A stretch of DNA of 64,000 bases from Shewanella sp. GTDB lineage: Bacteria; Pseudomonadota; Gammaproteobacteria; Enterobacterales; Shewanellaceae. Location of the stretch: positions 45 to 64,044 of the forward strand of contig JAOIUG010000007.1 in the NCBI GenBank assembly GCA_028223395.1. The letters are read 5' to 3'. Shown piece by piece: positions 62,934 through 64,000 of the stretch (position 1 is its first letter; every line of letters begins with the position of its first letter). The notes beneath the pieces are model-generated. The model did no database searches. It worked only from the letters and a program-made list of their open reading frames with translations, and was not told the origin of the DNA. Position numbers and translations under genes: made by a program.

Positions 62934-63887
62934 TTATGTTGCTACTGGCTCATCTCTTATGACGATAAGTCGTTTAGGAGCAAGCAGTCCATCATCATTC
63001 ATCTGACCAATGCCAACAAATTTGCGCTCAGCACCTAACGTTATCCGCACCAGTTCATCAACAGGTAAGTTTGCCACTTGAACAGGATTACCATTCATCA
63101 AGAACGGGGCGATGTCATCAGAGACATTAATTTCTTTGAAGCTACTGACGGCAGTATCCATCGGCAATAATAAGGGATCTAACACGTCTGCTAATGTTAA
63201 TGACTCCGTCTCAGCCTGAGTCACCAAGGCTTCAAGCTGAGCCAAGGAGACCATATTATCATAGGGATAACCTGCAACTTGAGTACGTCGCAGCATGATC
63301 ACATGCGCGCCACAGCCCAGCATTTCACCCAGATCATCAGTGATGGTTCGGATGTAAGTGCCTTTAGAGCAATGAATATCTAAGGTTAACTCATCGCCTT
63401 CTAGGCTGATAAAGTTAAGCTCAAACACATTGATAGGCCGCGCCTCACGTGGCACCTCAATGCCTTCACGCGCATATTTATACAAAGGCTGACCTTGGTA
63501 TTTAAGCGCTGAATACATTGATGGTACTTGCATCGTTTTACCACGAAAATGCTCAAGTGCCGTATCAAGTTGCGCTTGCGTAAAGTCGATTTCACGTGTC
63601 TGAACGACTTCACCATCAGAGTCACTAGTGTCAGTACGCTGACCGAGCTTAGCAGTCACTAAATAGCGTTTGTCAGCATCGAGTAAGTGCTGTGAAAACT
63701 TAGTTGCTTCACCTAAGCAGATAGGCAGCATGCCTGTTGCTAATGGATCAAGCGCACCTGTATGCCCGGCTTTGTTGGCATTAAAAAAGCGTTTGACTCT
63801 TTGTAATGCAAAGTTCGAGCTCATGCCAGTGTCTTTATCTAGCAACAGCACTCCATCAATGTGACGACCACGAGAACGGCGCGCCAT
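62934..63887 (-). CDS. truB: tRNA pseudouridine-55 synthase
   Basis: [30 protein letters not shown] and LRRT. Confidence 0.97.
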   Translation of the reverse strand: MARRSRGRHIDGVLLLDKDTGMSSNFALQRVKRFFNANKAGHTGALDPLATGMLPICLGEATKFSQHLLDADKRYLVTAKLGQRTDTSDSDGEVVQTREIDFTQAQLDTALEHFRGKTMQVPSMYSALKYQGQPLYKYAREGIEVPREARPINVFELNFISLEGDELTLDIHCSKGTYIRTITDDLGEMLGCGAHVIMLRRTQVAGYPYDNMVSLAQLEALVTQAETESLTLADVLDPLLLPMDTAVSSFKEINVSDDIAPFLMNGNPVQVANLPVDELVRITLGAERKFVGIGQMNDDGLLAPKRLIVIRDEPVAT

Positions 63888-64000
63888 TACTTGTCGTCCT
63901 CAGCCTTGTCAGTGTCTTGCTTCATGTTGTCAGCTGTGCCGTGCTCTTGCTGCTTTGCTTCATCATTGCTGATCACTCGGCTAACAAGATTAGACATGCG
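63887..64000 (-). CDS. rbfA: Ribosome-binding factor A, 3' end only (truncated by the window)
   Basis: Hand translation [21 protein letters not shown]...EDDK*; stop overlaps the truB ATG (TAATG); standard rbfA-truB-rpsO order. Confidence 0.85.
   Translation of the reverse strand, partial: RMSNLVSRVISNDEAKQQEHGTADNMKQDTDKAEDDK

Noticed and set aside
872-63864. Numerous 60-180 aa ORFs antisense to or nested in housekeeping genes (e.g. 7821-8315, 21077-21619, 50639-51181, 52633-53070)
   Set aside because: Shadow ORFs of well-supported genes with no recognisable motifs

Overview
A mostly housekeeping window from a Gammaproteobacterium; gene content and order look like Shewanella (inference). 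Left part: erpA, ClC channel, lgt, pyrB, hemL, NhaD-like antiporter, exeB/exeA, cca, lpp, L,D-transpeptidase, rlmA-like, uppP, folK, folB, plsY, tsaD, rpsU, yqeY, dnaG, rpoD and tRNA-Ile2(CAU). Right part: cstA, a NYN protein, the malQ-glgBXPCA glycogen cluster, an Fe-ADH, an outer-membrane barrel, deoCABD, tsx, nupC, tatD, prfC, nlpI, pnp, rpsO, truB and the 3' end of rbfA. The accessory part is a ~5.8 kb AT-rich, integrase-less islet directly after the tRNA (~24135-29905). It carries (i) a 1383-aa SMEK-like nuclease + STAND NTPase + helical-repeat protein, a candidate NLR/Avs-like anti-phage protein, and (ii) an orphan integron gene cassette with a Vibrio-type attC whose Cys-rich ORF is broken by one in-frame TAG. 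Also found: two copies of a MITE (one complete at the islet edge, one truncated behind nhaD), a multi-stem structured leader upstream of deoC, and an S15 leader with a compensatory change in its pseudoknot. All calls come from reading the sequence; no searches were run.
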